A stretch of 64,000 nt of DNA from Pseudomonadota bacterium. GTDB taxonomy: Bacteria; Pseudomonadota; Alphaproteobacteria; MPNO01; UBA2964. Position numbers and translations under genes: made by a program. Positions 47,712-58,329 of the stretch are shown piece by piece. The notes under the pieces are model-generated. The model saw only the letters and a list, made by a program, of their open reading frames with translations, had not been told where the DNA came from and searched no databases. Numbering within the stretch: the stretch's first letter is position 1; the number at the start of each line of letters is the position of its first letter. Location of the stretch: contig JAYZFG010000007.1 of assembly GCA_036336885.1 (NCBI GenBank), positions 51,978 through 115,977 of the forward strand. Direction: 5' to 3'.

Positions 47712-48970
47712 CCCAGTTTAACTATCGCGAAGGGCGACTGTTCGCTGAGGACGTAGACATAGTGGAAATTGCCTCTAATATCGGTACTCCTTTCTATTGT
47801 TATTCAAAAGCGGCTATAACCGAACAATATGAAGCGATGGCCAATGCTTTGGATCATTTTAGTGCCCGAATTTGTTATGCTGTAAAAGCCAACTCTAATC
47901 TAGCAATAATTAAAACCTTAAGTGATTTGGGCGCTGGAGCCGATGTTGTAAGTGAGGGAGAAGCGCGACGTGCCCTCGCCTCGGGGATTCCGGCGGCAAA
48001 CATTGTTTTCTCAGGTGTCGGAAAAACCCGAGAAGAAATGCGTTTTGCAATCCTCGCGGGTGTCGGACAATTTAATGTAGAATCTATCGGTGAGCTTGAA
48101 ATACTAAACGACGTTGCGATAGAGATAGGAAAAACAGCGATTGTTGCCTTGAGGGTTAACCCAGACGTAGACGCAGAAACGCATTATAAGATTTCGACCG
48201 GCCGTAGGGAGGACAAGTTCGGTATTAATATTGAGTTAGCACCCTCCGTTTATGAGAAAGCATTATCATTACCTGGTCTTAAACTAGTTGGCCTTGCCGT
48301 TCACATAGGCTCACAACTAACCTCTCTAAAACCATTTCGTAAAGCGTTTGAACGTGTTGCTGATATGGTGAATATTCTGCGCAAAGCTGGATACAATCTT
48401 TCACGATTGGATCTTGGGGGTGGGCTAGGAATAACTTATGATGGAGAGCAACCGCCTGGACCCGTGGATTATGCAAACATGGTTGCGGAAACGGTAGGTA
48501 GTTTAGATGTCGAACTGACGTTTGAGCCGGGGAGATTTTTGGTGGGTAATGCTGGGATTCTGGTCACGTCTGTTATTCAGGTTAAAGAAACGGATAATAA
48601 GCGTTTCGTCGTGGTGGATGCAGCAATGAATGATCTAATCCGGCCAGCCCTTTACAATGCGGTGCACCATGTTCAAACGGCTATTAATCTCAAAGGTAAT
48701 GATACCTTTATTACAGAACTAGTTGGTCCCATATGCGAGACGGGGGACGTTCTAGCCCGGAATGTTCAGCTACCGGCTTTAGTAGAAAACGATTTATTAT
48801 ATCTAAAATCAGCTGGCGCTTATGGAGCCGTTATGGCCTCAAGCTATAATTCACGTCTTTTGGTTCCAGAAATTATGGTAAACCGAAATGATTTCAACGT
48901 AATTCGGGCGCGTCCTAGTTATGACGACCTATTAGGGCTTGACCAAATTCCAAAGTGGATTAACCAGTAA
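47708..48970 (+). CDS. lysA: Diaminopimelate decarboxylase
   Basis: PLP fold-III decarboxylase with YAVKAN (PLP Lys) and GPICETGD. Confidence 0.9.
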   Translation: MTQFNYREGRLFAEDVDIVEIASNIGTPFYCYSKAAITEQYEAMANALDHFSARICYAVKANSNLAIIKTLSDLGAGADVVSEGEARRALASGIPAANIVFSGVGKTREEMRFAILAGVGQFNVESIGELEILNDVAIEIGKTAIVALRVNPDVDAETHYKISTGRREDKFGINIELAPSVYEKALSLPGLKLVGLAVHIGSQLTSLKPFRKAFERVADMVNILRKAGYNLSRLDLGGGLGITYDGEQPPGPVDYANMVAETVGSLDVELTFEPGRFLVGNAGILVTSVIQVKETDNKRFVVVDAAMNDLIRPALYNAVHHVQTAINLKGNDTFITELVGPICETGDVLARNVQLPALVENDLLYLKSAGAYGAVMASSYNSRLLVPEIMVNRNDFNVIRARPSYDDLLGLDQIPKWINQ

Positions 48971-49015
48971 AATTATATGGCCAAGTAGCTTAAAAGGATT
49001 CTCCCAAAGAAACTT

Positions 49016-49561
49016 TTAGATGTCTTCGATGAAACCAATATAGGGTAAACCACGGTATTTATTCGCTAAATCAAGACCATACCCAACGACAAATTTTGGA
49101 TCGATTGTAAAACCAACATAGTCTGCTTCTATATTAACTCTTCGCTGGCCGGGTTTATCCAGCAATAAACATGTCTTAACTAACGCGGCATCGCGTTTAA
49201 TCATCATTTCAACAGCAAATGCAATGGTTCTCCCTGACTCCAAAATATCATCAACAATAAGAACTTGGCGCCCATTAACCTCTTCATTAAGGTCCTGCTT
49301 AACCGTTATTGTGCCAGAGCTCTTTGATCGCAGTCCGTAACTCGAAAGACTGACAAAATCTACCTGCGCAGAAGCACCGTTACTTTCTAGGGCCCTTATC
49401 AAATCAGCAGCAAACACAAAGCTACCCTTTAAAATTACAATGACGAGTAATTCGCCCGAAAAATCGGCAACTATCTCTGCTGCCAACGCATCAACGCGCT
49501 CAGAGATTTCTTCTGCTGAATATAAAGTTTTTATTACTGGTTCAATGTTTAAATTAGACAC
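49016..49561 (-). CDS. hpt: Hypoxanthine phosphoribosyltransferase
   Basis: PRPP-binding motif VLIVDDILESGRT. Confidence 0.9.
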   Translation of the reverse strand: MSNLNIEPVIKTLYSAEEISERVDALAAEIVADFSGELLVIVILKGSFVFAADLIRALESNGASAQVDFVSLSSYGLRSKSSGTITVKQDLNEEVNGRQVLIVDDILESGRTIAFAVEMMIKRDAALVKTCLLLDKPGQRRVNIEADYVGFTIDPKFVVGYGLDLANKYRGLPYIGFIEDI

Positions 49562-49759
49562 AAACTTATTATTCTTTTTAATAATACATAGTGAACATTG
49601 TCGTAATTTTCATAGCCTAAGAAACAATCATTACGGTCTTCCTGTATTACGATGTTGTATACGGTATATTAATTTAATTGCAAGATACGTTGCACAAGGT
49701 GGACGATAAGGTAAACCGTATGTCATTCTTTGATCATTTCACGTGTATAGGGAAAAATT

Positions 49760-50485
49760 GTGTTTTCTGGCGCTGAAGTCATCAAATTTCAAAACGTTGG
49801 ACTGCGTTACGGTTTAGGGCCTGAAATCCTCCAAGATATTTCTTTGCAACTAGAAGAAGGCAGTTTCCATTTTTTAACGGGGGCGAGTGGAGCCGGGAAA
49901 TCTTCTTTATTACGCCTAATGTACTTAGCACATCAGCCATCAAGAGGCCTAATTTCTTTATTTGGACAGGATGTCGCTACTACACCACGTAGGGAATTAC
50001 CGGCATTACGCCGCAAAGTAGGTGTTGTGTTCCAAGACTTTAGGCTGATTGACCATCTAACAGCATTGGAGAATGTGGCCTTACCTTTACAAATTTCTGG
50101 CACGAGCGAGAACGAGATAAAGTCTAACGTCTCAGAACTTTTAGATTGGGTTGGCTTGTCAGGCCAAATGGATAACCGCCCCCCAATACTATCTGGTGGA
50201 CAAAAACAACGAGTTGCAATTGCTCGCGCCGTAATCACCCGGCCCAAGTTACTACTAGCTGATGAACCTACAGGTAATGTTGACGACCGGATAGCAAGGC
50301 GTCTAATGCATTTGTTCGAAGAATTAAATAAAATCGGAACCACAATCGTATTGGCAACCCATAATAAAACGCTGGTAAACGACTTCATTTACCCCCGGCT
50401 TCACCTTCAAAAAGGATCTCTGCATATCTACAAATCAGGGGAATATAATTGGAAGGCTGAATTGGGTCATGAGGAATTAAGTTAG
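49760..50485 (+). CDS. ftsE: Cell division ATP-binding protein FtsE
   Basis: Walker [10 protein letters not shown], signature [14 protein letters not shown] and Walker [11 protein letters not shown]. The start is GTG. Confidence 0.85.
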   Translation: MFSGAEVIKFQNVGLRYGLGPEILQDISLQLEEGSFHFLTGASGAGKSSLLRLMYLAHQPSRGLISLFGQDVATTPRRELPALRRKVGVVFQDFRLIDHLTALENVALPLQISGTSENEIKSNVSELLDWVGLSGQMDNRPPILSGGQKQRVAIARAVITRPKLLLADEPTGNVDDRIARRLMHLFEELNKIGTTIVLATHNKTLVNDFIYPRLHLQKGSLHIYKSGEYNWKAELGHEELS

Positions 50486-51375
50486 TGAAAGGCAAGATCA
50501 TTTTGCCGCTCACCGGTGATGCAGCTAGTCGTTACGTACCCTGGTTTATCGCTTTTATGGTATGGCTAGCCGTTTTAGCGTTAGGCGCGGTTTTAATCCT
50601 GTCTGCACACACGGAACAATGGCGCAACGACCTTACTGGAAACCTAACGATCCAAGTTCCGGTTCATGGGGAGGAAACAAATCCCGAGACGGAAGAAGAT
50701 TTAAACTATGTATTATCCCTATTGCGAGATATTCCAGAAATAGCCTCGGCAGAAGAAATTCCTAGGGACCGGGTGATTAAACTGCTCATACCTTGGCTCG
50801 GGCGCGAAATTACCTCGGGTCCATTCCTTTTACCAATTCCGAGGATCATTAGTGTAAAAATAAAGCCAAAAGTTAATCTTGATGTTGAACGGCTTTGGGA
50901 AAGGCTAAATAAAAAGATAAGCGGGGTTCAGGTAGACGACCACCAAGTATGGTTGGCAAAGCTTTTTGCCTTAACTGACCTTATCGAGGGGATCGCCTTC
51001 ATTATATTGCTTCTTGTAAGCATTGCATGTGTAGCAACCGTGATATTCGCAACCCGAACAAGTTTAAATATACATAGCCATTTAATCGACCTTCTCCACA
51101 TAATAGGTGCCCGCGATGAGTTTGTTGCCCATCAATTTTGCCGCTACGCGATGTCTTTAGGCTTTAAAGGTGGTCTTTTGGGAATTTGTATGGGGATAGC
51201 AACTTTCTTCGTCATCGATTTACTTGCGTCTGAGGCGAGTTCATCCTTTATAATACCGTTAACACTCAGTTTATCACAATGGGCCTGCATAACAGCAATC
51301 TCTTTAGTGACTCCTGCTATCAGTGCCATAACCTCATGGGTGACAGTTCTTAAAGTACTTAGTCGTGTAATGTAG
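50485..51375 (+). CDS. ftsX: Cell division permease-like protein FtsX
   Basis: 296 aa with an N-terminal TM segment, a periplasmic domain and C-terminal FtsX-type TM helices. It directly follows ftsE. Confidence 0.8.
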   Translation: MKGKIILPLTGDAASRYVPWFIAFMVWLAVLALGAVLILSAHTEQWRNDLTGNLTIQVPVHGEETNPETEEDLNYVLSLLRDIPEIASAEEIPRDRVIKLLIPWLGREITSGPFLLPIPRIISVKIKPKVNLDVERLWERLNKKISGVQVDDHQVWLAKLFALTDLIEGIAFIILLLVSIACVATVIFATRTSLNIHSHLIDLLHIIGARDEFVAHQFCRYAMSLGFKGGLLGICMGIATFFVIDLLASEASSSFIIPLTLSLSQWACITAISLVTPAISAITSWVTVLKVLSRVM

Positions 51376-51385
51376 GTCGAACCTA

Positions 51386-52021
51386 GTGAAATACGGAATG
51401 GGATACAAAAAGAAAAGTCCTAAAAAGAAATGGATGATAGGCTTTATTATCTGTTCGATATTAGCCCTAATAGTTTGGATATTAGGTTTAATTTGGTATG
51501 TCCGTGAAGTACCTGCAAGTCACCAATATAGTCAAACAAAAACAGAGGCAATAGTTGTTTTGACGGGGGGGTCGGGTCGGCTGGAAGTAGGGCTTCAATT
51601 ACTATCAGAAGGTTATTCTGAATTATTATTTATTTCAGGTGTCGCTCGCGGTGTAGACGTACAAGAACTATTAAAACTCGTTCGCAGAAAACCAACTGAA
51701 TTTGCATGCTGCATTGCCATAGGCTACCAAGCAGATAATACGGCAGGAAACGCTTTTGAGACCTCTGTTTGGTTATCCAAAAATAAGTTGCAATCGCTCC
51801 GGTTAGTTACAGCTAGTTATCACATGCCCCGGAGCCTTTTTGAATTTAGACGAATTATGCCTAAAATAAAAATTGTGCCTCACCCCGTTTTTCCATCACA
51901 GTTCAAACGAAAAGATTGGTGGCGCTGGCCGGGAACTGCCGAACTTTTGGCGAGCGAGTTTAATAAATATTTGATAGCTCAATTTAGTCTAGATCAAAAC
52001 CTAAGGGTCCAAAAAAGATAA
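51386..52021 (+). CDS. YdcF/ElyC-family DUF218 protein
   Basis: IVVLTGGSGRLEVGLQLLSEGYSELLFISGV. Confidence 0.75.
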   Translation: MKYGMGYKKKSPKKKWMIGFIICSILALIVWILGLIWYVREVPASHQYSQTKTEAIVVLTGGSGRLEVGLQLLSEGYSELLFISGVARGVDVQELLKLVRRKPTEFACCIAIGYQADNTAGNAFETSVWLSKNKLQSLRLVTASYHMPRSLFEFRRIMPKIKIVPHPVFPSQFKRKDWWRWPGTAELLASEFNKYLIAQFSLDQNLRVQKR

Positions 52022-52023
52022 TA

Positions 52024-52752
52024 ATGATCATGGCTCGTTCATTTTTATATCACATTGTATACTGTATTTGGGCTTTCCTTATGTGCTTCGCCTTTTTACC
52101 GTCTTTGTTTCTTCCTTTTTGGGCAAGTAATTTAATTGCTAGGGTTTGGACTAGCTCAATTTATTTTTTCCTTCGGTTCATATGTAAACTTACATATCGA
52201 ATTGAAGGAATGGATACAATACCCAAAGGCCCCGTAATAATAGCATCTAAACATCAGTCTGTATGGGAGACACTCTTTTTTCCCTACCAACTCAAAAGAT
52301 CAACAATAATCCTAAAAAAAGAACTGTTTTGGTTACCCTTTTTCGGTTGGTATGCAAAAAAATATGGTGCGATCGGTATAAAACGTAGCGGTGGTGCTTC
52401 AACGATCCGGAAACTTATTAAAGAGGCGCGGGCGCATGCTTTAGACGGAAGATCGATTGTAATATTTCCCGAAGGAACACGAACTCAACCTGGCAAAATC
52501 GGTGTCTACCACAGTGGAGTTGCCGCACTATACAAGAACTTAAAAATACCAGTTGTGCCCGTAGCATTAAATTCGGGGCTATACTGGCCCAGGCGAAAAC
52601 TTATCCGACGGCCTGGTGTAATTACATTACGATTTTTACCACCTATACCCCCCGGATTACCCCGGCATGAATTTATGGGGAGACTTCAATCAGATATTGA
52701 GGCGGCGCAAGAAGAACTTTGTGATCTAAAATATCAAAGCAAAAACCTTTGA
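52024..52752 (+). CDS. plsC: 1-acyl-sn-glycerol-3-phosphate (lysophospholipid) acyltransferase
   Basis: HQSVWE (HX4D-like variant) and FPEGTRT acyltransferase motifs. Confidence 0.8.
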   Translation: MIMARSFLYHIVYCIWAFLMCFAFLPSLFLPFWASNLIARVWTSSIYFFLRFICKLTYRIEGMDTIPKGPVIIASKHQSVWETLFFPYQLKRSTIILKKELFWLPFFGWYAKKYGAIGIKRSGGASTIRKLIKEARAHALDGRSIVIFPEGTRTQPGKIGVYHSGVAALYKNLKIPVVPVALNSGLYWPRRKLIRRPGVITLRFLPPIPPGLPRHEFMGRLQSDIEAAQEELCDLKYQSKNL

Positions 52753-52755
52753 GTT

Positions 52756-53628
52756 TTAATCTAGGGTTTCTAACTGAACCGGATTCTTTAACAAACCGAC
52801 GCCATTAATCTGAACCTCAAGATTATCACCAGGTTTTAGGTATGCCGGAGGATCATGCTCAATTGCTGAACCACCTGGACTACCTGTACAGATCAAATCT
52901 CCGGGCTCAAGCATAGTGAACCGCGAGATATAGGAGATAACAAATGGAATATCAAAGATCATCATATCTGTATTACCATTTTGCCTTTCTTCACCATTAA
53001 CTCTAGTAATAATTTTAAGATTCATAGGGTTTAATATTTCATCAGGCGTTACTATCCAAGGTCCCATTGAACCCGAGCGCCACTGATTTTTAACAGGGCA
53101 ATTCTGCGTTCCTCGTCCTATCCAATTCCTTACACTGCCCTCGTTGGCAATAGTGTAACCACCCACATAAGACATTGCTGCCTTTTCGGAGATGTGGCGA
53201 CCTTGCTTGCCTATCACAACCACAAGTTCTCCTTCATAATCCAGTTGATCGGCATCATCGGTACCACGAATTATCGCCTGTTCGTGTGCAGCAAAAGAAT
53301 CATTAAATCGAGGAAAAATACTCGGCCAATCTGGCCGGCCATCTTCCATCACCTCATGATAGGCATAGTAATTTCGTCCAACACAAAAGATTTTACCAGG
53401 GTTGCAAATGGGCATCCGGAAATTAACTTCTTTCGTCTCAATGATATTGGAACCATTTTCAACAGTCTCTTTCAGTGATTCTTTTGAGCTTCCGCCTCCT
53501 TTAAGTAACGCCTTCAAATTAGCAAAGGTTTCACCACTCAATAATCCCTTGGACAAATCAATAATATAATCATCTTTGATTGCACCAAAACCCTCATCGC
53601 CATCATGGTAAAAGCTTACAAACTTCAT
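52756..53628 (-). CDS. Fumarylacetoacetate hydrolase (FAH) family protein
   Basis: 290 aa FAH-fold (2-keto-4-pentenoate hydratase/HpcE-like) with the metal-binding Glu/Asp pattern EGELVVVIG. Confidence 0.8.
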   Translation of the reverse strand: MKFVSFYHDGDEGFGAIKDDYIIDLSKGLLSGETFANLKALLKGGGSSKESLKETVENGSNIIETKEVNFRMPICNPGKIFCVGRNYYAYHEVMEDGRPDWPSIFPRFNDSFAAHEQAIIRGTDDADQLDYEGELVVVIGKQGRHISEKAAMSYVGGYTIANEGSVRNWIGRGTQNCPVKNQWRSGSMGPWIVTPDEILNPMNLKIITRVNGEERQNGNTDMMIFDIPFVISYISRFTMLEPGDLICTGSPGGSAIEHDPPAYLKPGDNLEVQINGVGLLKNPVQLETLD

Positions 53629-53693
53629 TTTGTTTCCCTCAATTTGGCCTATAATTTATAGTTTATTTCATTGGATTGGGATAGCACAGCATA

Positions 53694-54251
53694 TTAAACG
53701 TTTTGATTAACAAGCCTAAGTAGCGTATTTAACATTTTATCGTTGAGTCCTTGGCCGTCCAAATGTTTGACTGTTGCTGCGAGGTAGTCTCTGTTTGAGC
53801 CATTTTTACCACTTGCATGTAAAATCCGCTCGGCTGTTTTCTCCATAGACATTTCACCAACGTATAGCGCGTGATCCCTATTCACTACTAACGTATAACC
53901 CTTAACAGTATGATCATCGAGTTCGATTTCAACCGGCACACATCTATAAATTTTCTCTAGCATTTCCCGATTACTGAGATAATCAAAAACCCTTTCACAG
54001 TCCGTTTGGGCAATACTCAGTGCTAGCCCCTGGCATTCGCCCCCAGCATCAAGACCAAGAGATAATCCCGGTTGGTCCGGTGTTCCCCTATAGATCTCGG
54101 AAGAAACACAGAACTTACGTTGCCAACCTTTTAGTTTAGCCTTTCGGGTTTCTTTGGCATTGAAGCCCGGATTCCACATCAATGACCCATAGGCAAAAAA
54201 CCAAATATCACCCGTCTCGTCGATAACTGATTTGAAATGCATTTCCGTCAT
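53694..54251 (-). CDS. ChaC-like gamma-glutamylcyclotransferase
   Basis: WFFAYGSLMWNPGF (YGSL motif) and a downstream catalytic Glu region. Confidence 0.75.
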   Translation of the reverse strand: MTEMHFKSVIDETGDIWFFAYGSLMWNPGFNAKETRKAKLKGWQRKFCVSSEIYRGTPDQPGLSLGLDAGGECQGLALSIAQTDCERVFDYLSNREMLEKIYRCVPVEIELDDHTVKGYTLVVNRDHALYVGEMSMEKTAERILHASGKNGSNRDYLAATVKHLDGQGLNDKMLNTLLRLVNQNV

Positions 54252-55147
54252 TTGTCTTCGATCCGTTTATTCACAATAGCTACTCCAGCAGCTGCTATTG
54301 CTAAACCTAATAACGCCGGGATTGCAAAAGTTTCTTCGAACATTAGCCACCCCATAATCGCTGTCGTCGGAGGACTTAGGTAAATAAGACTAGTAACCTT
54401 TGCCGTAGCACCTCGTTGGACCAAGAAAAAGTATAACGCAATTGCGATCACTGAAAGCCCGAAAGCCGACCACGTCAAAGCAATGAAAAATTGAGTAGTC
54501 CATTCGATATGCAGTGGTTCAAATAAAACTGCCAGAATACCCACAAACATGCAGGACGCAGCGTTTTGAATTGTAACAGCAGCCCTAATGTCAATTCCAA
54601 TGCAATAACGTTTTTGATAAATAGTTCCCAACGTAATGCCGAGTAAAGCCAACCCTGCGAACATAATGCCCCATAGACTCTGACTAGATAGGTCTATCTT
54701 TTCTGCCACTACAAGCCCCAAACCAACAAATCCTAATCCAAGACCAAGCCATTGTTTAAAAACTAGCTTTTCCCCCAATATTGGAGAGGCTAAACAACCA
54801 GTAATCAATGGTTGGAGACCAACGATAAGTGCCATTACTCCCGTAGATAGACCGAGAAAAATTCCATAAAATACACCTATTAAATAAGTTGTTTGGACCA
54901 GTAACCCCGCAATAACTATATGGAGGATAGAAATTGACCTGTTAGGCCAACGAAATGGCCAAATCAAGTTGATAGAAAATAAAATGAAAAGAGCCAAACC
55001 AAATCTAAGCATCAGAAAAGTAAGGGGTTTCGTATAAGGCAATCCAAATTTTGCTGCTACAAATCCACTGGCCCAAAAAAAAATAAAAAAGCCCGATGCT
55101 AAGTATATACGTCCGATTGATTGATTATCTGTAATTTCTTCTCTCAC
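54248..55147 (-). CDS. DMT/EamA-family transporter
   Basis: 299 aa, 10 TM segments. Confidence 0.7.
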   Translation of the reverse strand: MREEITDNQSIGRIYLASGFFIFFWASGFVAAKFGLPYTKPLTFLMLRFGLALFILFSINLIWPFRWPNRSISILHIVIAGLLVQTTYLIGVFYGIFLGLSTGVMALIVGLQPLITGCLASPILGEKLVFKQWLGLGLGFVGLGLVVAEKIDLSSQSLWGIMFAGLALLGITLGTIYQKRYCIGIDIRAAVTIQNAASCMFVGILAVLFEPLHIEWTTQFFIALTWSAFGLSVIAIALYFFLVQRGATAKVTSLIYLSPPTTAIMGWLMFEETFAIPALLGLAIAAAGVAIVNKRIEDK

Positions 55148-55251
55148 AAGTGGATCGTGTTTCTCAATTACTTTACGCCTTTCCGAAACATAACACCAAG
55201 TTTTCTATTTTATGAACTCGACCAAAGCGTCGCAGATGCATATAAAGACTT

Positions 55252-56316
55252 ATGTCATTCGTTATAACCAAATGGCGTAAGCACATTGTCATATGGGTAG
55301 CTATTACAGTGAGCCTTCCTGCTGTCTACTCCTGCTTTTGGTTAATTATGGCAAAAAAAATAGAGAATGATATTTACCATTGGAAAAGACAACAGGAGAC
55401 TGCAGCGTGGAAATTCGACTATGATAAAATTAGAGTTTCTGGTTTTCCGTGGAATTGGGTTTTTAATTTAGAAAATCCTAATTTCAAAAATATTCGGGCG
55501 AGTAATGAGCTTCGTTGGTCAGGTTCCCAATTACAAATGAAATTAAAGCCATGGGATTTAAAAAATGTAGAATTTTGGACGAAAGGTAAGCAGGAACTTC
55601 ATTTTTATAAAAAGAGCTTGATAAAGCCTGTTAAAGCCCGGATAAAAAACGGTTGGGGAAAACTGACGCTAAATCGATTTGGCAAAATAGGGGACCTTAA
55701 ATTCTCTTTAGACGAGTGTGTCATCCAAACACCTGATACGAAGCAAGTTCAACTTAACGGTATAAGTGTAACTCTCTCCTCTAATCTTCCAAATAAGCCT
55801 GAAACAAGAGCACACCAAGTCCCATTATTCCACCTCAATACCGAATTCTCCGGCTTGATATTACCAAGAATGGCCTTTCCTTCACTGGAGAAAAAAATAT
55901 CGGAATTAAGATTATCAGCCGACTTCCTAGGCGTTGCAGAGGGCAGAACCATTAAAGAATTTTTATCAACATGGTCTCAAAATGGAGGCTCTCTAGAAAT
56001 TAATCATATCAATTTTAAATGGGCAAAATTAAAATTTTCAGGAAACGGGACCTTAGCGCTTGATGACCAACTGCAGCCCATTGCGGCATTAAGTGCTAAA
56101 GTTTCTGGTTATAAAGCAGCCATTAATTCGATGGTCTTATCTGGATTCATTAAACCTAGCCTTGGAATGGTTTTGAGCTTCGCAGCTAGTATACTTGCTA
56201 AAAAGAGGGAAAGTCTAAATCAGGAACAAATAGGAATCCCTTTAACTTTACAAGACAGCTTCTTACACCTTGGGCCAGTCAAAATTTTGAAAATTCCTAT
56301 CCTAAATTGGGAGTAA
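55252..56316 (+). CDS. Membrane-anchored conserved hypothetical protein (DUF2125-like, alphaproteobacterial)
   Basis: 354 aa with a single N-terminal TM helix then a soluble domain. The family assignment is from memory only. Confidence 0.4.
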   Translation: MSFVITKWRKHIVIWVAITVSLPAVYSCFWLIMAKKIENDIYHWKRQQETAAWKFDYDKIRVSGFPWNWVFNLENPNFKNIRASNELRWSGSQLQMKLKPWDLKNVEFWTKGKQELHFYKKSLIKPVKARIKNGWGKLTLNRFGKIGDLKFSLDECVIQTPDTKQVQLNGISVTLSSNLPNKPETRAHQVPLFHLNTEFSGLILPRMAFPSLEKKISELRLSADFLGVAEGRTIKEFLSTWSQNGGSLEINHINFKWAKLKFSGNGTLALDDQLQPIAALSAKVSGYKAAINSMVLSGFIKPSLGMVLSFAASILAKKRESLNQEQIGIPLTLQDSFLHLGPVKILKIPILNWE

Positions 56317-56324
56317 TACTTAAA

Positions 56325-57236
56325 TTAGGCGCCGTTAGGTGGCTTAGGTGGAATGTGCTGCCCTGCCTCAATTACACTTCGACGAATTTCACGTGTCCGA
56401 ACAAATAGGGATTGTAAACTATCTCCATCTCCATTTCGTATGGCGCGTTGTAACCCGCCTAAATCTTCGGTAAGCCGTCCTAACATTTCTAAAACAGCAT
56501 CTTTATTATTTAAAAATATATCACGCCACATAATAGGATCTGATGCTGCAATTCTTGTAAAATCGCGAAAGCCACCAGCTGCAAACTTTATAACTTCCGA
56601 CCTTAGCCTTTCTTCCAGGTCGGTGGCTGTACCAACGATTGTATATGCAATTAGATGGGGTACGTGCGAAGTAATAGCAAGCACTTGGTCATGATGGTCT
56701 GGGTCCATATACTCAATGTTACTTCCAGTGCGTCTCCATAGTTCTGCTACGCGTTCAATTGCGGTCTCATCGGTACCTTTGACTGGGGTAATAATCATCC
56801 ATCGGTCTTCAAATAAAGTATCGAAACCTGCGTCTGGGCCAGAATTCTCTGTTCCAGCTATTGGGTGACAAGGTACAAAATGGACGCCTTTTGGAATGTT
56901 TTTAGCAACGGCTTCGATCACCGCACGCTTAACAGACCCTACGTCACTTACGATTGCACCAGGCTTTAGTGATCCAGACATATTTTTTGTAACAGCTTCG
57001 TAAGCACCAATCGGTGTACAAAGAATTACAAGCTCAGCATCTTTAACTGCCAGTGCTATATTATCTGTGACATTGTCGACTAAATTCAGATCCAACGCCT
57101 TTTTTCTTGTTTCTTCAGTCCGTGCACACGCGACAACCTCCTTTGCCAAACCATCACGGCGTATAACTCGCGCAAGAGACGAGCCAATCAATCCTATTCC
57201 GATGAACGAAATTTTTTTAAATAATACGTCTGCCAT
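56325..57236 (-). CDS. tyrC: Prephenate/arogenate (cyclohexadienyl) dehydrogenase
   Basis: ISFIGIGLIGSSLAR NAD-binding fold and a PDH domain. Confidence 0.85.
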   Translation of the reverse strand: MADVLFKKISFIGIGLIGSSLARVIRRDGLAKEVVACARTEETRKKALDLNLVDNVTDNIALAVKDAELVILCTPIGAYEAVTKNMSGSLKPGAIVSDVGSVKRAVIEAVAKNIPKGVHFVPCHPIAGTENSGPDAGFDTLFEDRWMIITPVKGTDETAIERVAELWRRTGSNIEYMDPDHHDQVLAITSHVPHLIAYTIVGTATDLEERLRSEVIKFAAGGFRDFTRIAASDPIMWRDIFLNNKDAVLEMLGRLTEDLGGLQRAIRNGDGDSLQSLFVRTREIRRSVIEAGQHIPPKPPNGA

Positions 57237-57242
57237 ATTATG

Positions 57243-58328
57243 CTATTTTGCCAGAAATTCTTTTATAACCCTGACAAACTCCTCCATCTCATTTTTCCTA
57301 CCTATTGTTACCCTGAGACAATCTGGTAATCCATAACCACTTGTTTCTCTTGGCAAAATTCCTTTATTTGCAAAAAATGTCATCGCTTCCTGTGCGCTTT
57401 GGCCAGTACTACCCCCAAATTGTATAAGCAAGAAATTTGCCACACTAGGATAGACCTTCAAACCACAATCGGTGAGGCGGTCACTCAACCATGGTAGCCA
57501 TATTGAATTATGTTCTTGCGCGGCCCTCAAATGGTTAACATCTTCGACTGCAGCTTTGCCGGCCAACTGCGCCGGTGTAGAGAGATTAAACGGCCCCCTC
57601 AAGCGATTTAATACATCTACTATAGACGGTGGACAATAGCACCAACCAATACGCAATGCCGCAAGTGCATAAATTTTGGAAAAGGTTCGAGTAACTACGG
57701 TATTCTCTGCCCCATCGACCAGATCAAACCCCATATTATAGTCTGGCCGGGTAACGAATTCCGCATAAGCGCAATCTATTACCAACAAGATATCGTCTCG
57801 CAGAGCAGCACGAAGCTTCAACAACTCATCTGATGTGATATACGAACCCGTTGGGTTATTTGGATTAGCGATAAATACTATACGTGTCTTGTCGTTCACC
57901 AATGAAAGTGTAGCGTCGACATCAAATGTCAGGTTTTGTTCCGGCACCTTTACCGGTTTTGCACCGACGCAATGGGCTACTATCGGATAAATATTAAAGC
58001 CATGCTCTCCCATCAGAATCTCATCACCAGGCCCCGCATATCCGCGCGCTAAATTGTATAACAACTCATCCGAACCAGCTCCACATACAATTCTCTCTGG
58101 ATCTAAGGTGTTAAACTCTCCAAGGGCTTCGCGGAGTATCTTAGAGCTACCATCGGGATAAATATGTAGGGATTTATCCCCACCACGAAATGCTTCCAGT
58201 GCTTTAGGACTTGGACCCAGTGCACTTTCGTTAGCGGAAAGCTTGATCACAGAAGGTTTACCATCCACCAAAGATTTTCCAGGCACATAAGGGACAAGTT
58301 CCATTATTCCAGGCTGAGGCTTCAACAT
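57243..58328 (-). CDS. hisC: Histidinol-phosphate/aromatic aminotransferase (class II PLP aminotransferase)
   Basis: 361 aa with the conserved SKIYALAALRIGW (PLP-Lys in SK). Confidence 0.8.
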   Translation of the reverse strand: MLKPQPGIMELVPYVPGKSLVDGKPSVIKLSANESALGPSPKALEAFRGGDKSLHIYPDGSSKILREALGEFNTLDPERIVCGAGSDELLYNLARGYAGPGDEILMGEHGFNIYPIVAHCVGAKPVKVPEQNLTFDVDATLSLVNDKTRIVFIANPNNPTGSYITSDELLKLRAALRDDILLVIDCAYAEFVTRPDYNMGFDLVDGAENTVVTRTFSKIYALAALRIGWCYCPPSIVDVLNRLRGPFNLSTPAQLAGKAAVEDVNHLRAAQEHNSIWLPWLSDRLTDCGLKVYPSVANFLLIQFGGSTGQSAQEAMTFFANKGILPRETSGYGLPDCLRVTIGRKNEMEEFVRVIKEFLAK

Positions 58329-58329
58329 T

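Noticed and set aside
49561-49760. Possible ncRNA in the 200-bp AT-rich hpt/ftsE intergenic region
   Set aside because: No convincing stem-loop, terminator or conserved motif was recognisable by eye. It is most likely just the ftsE promoter region.
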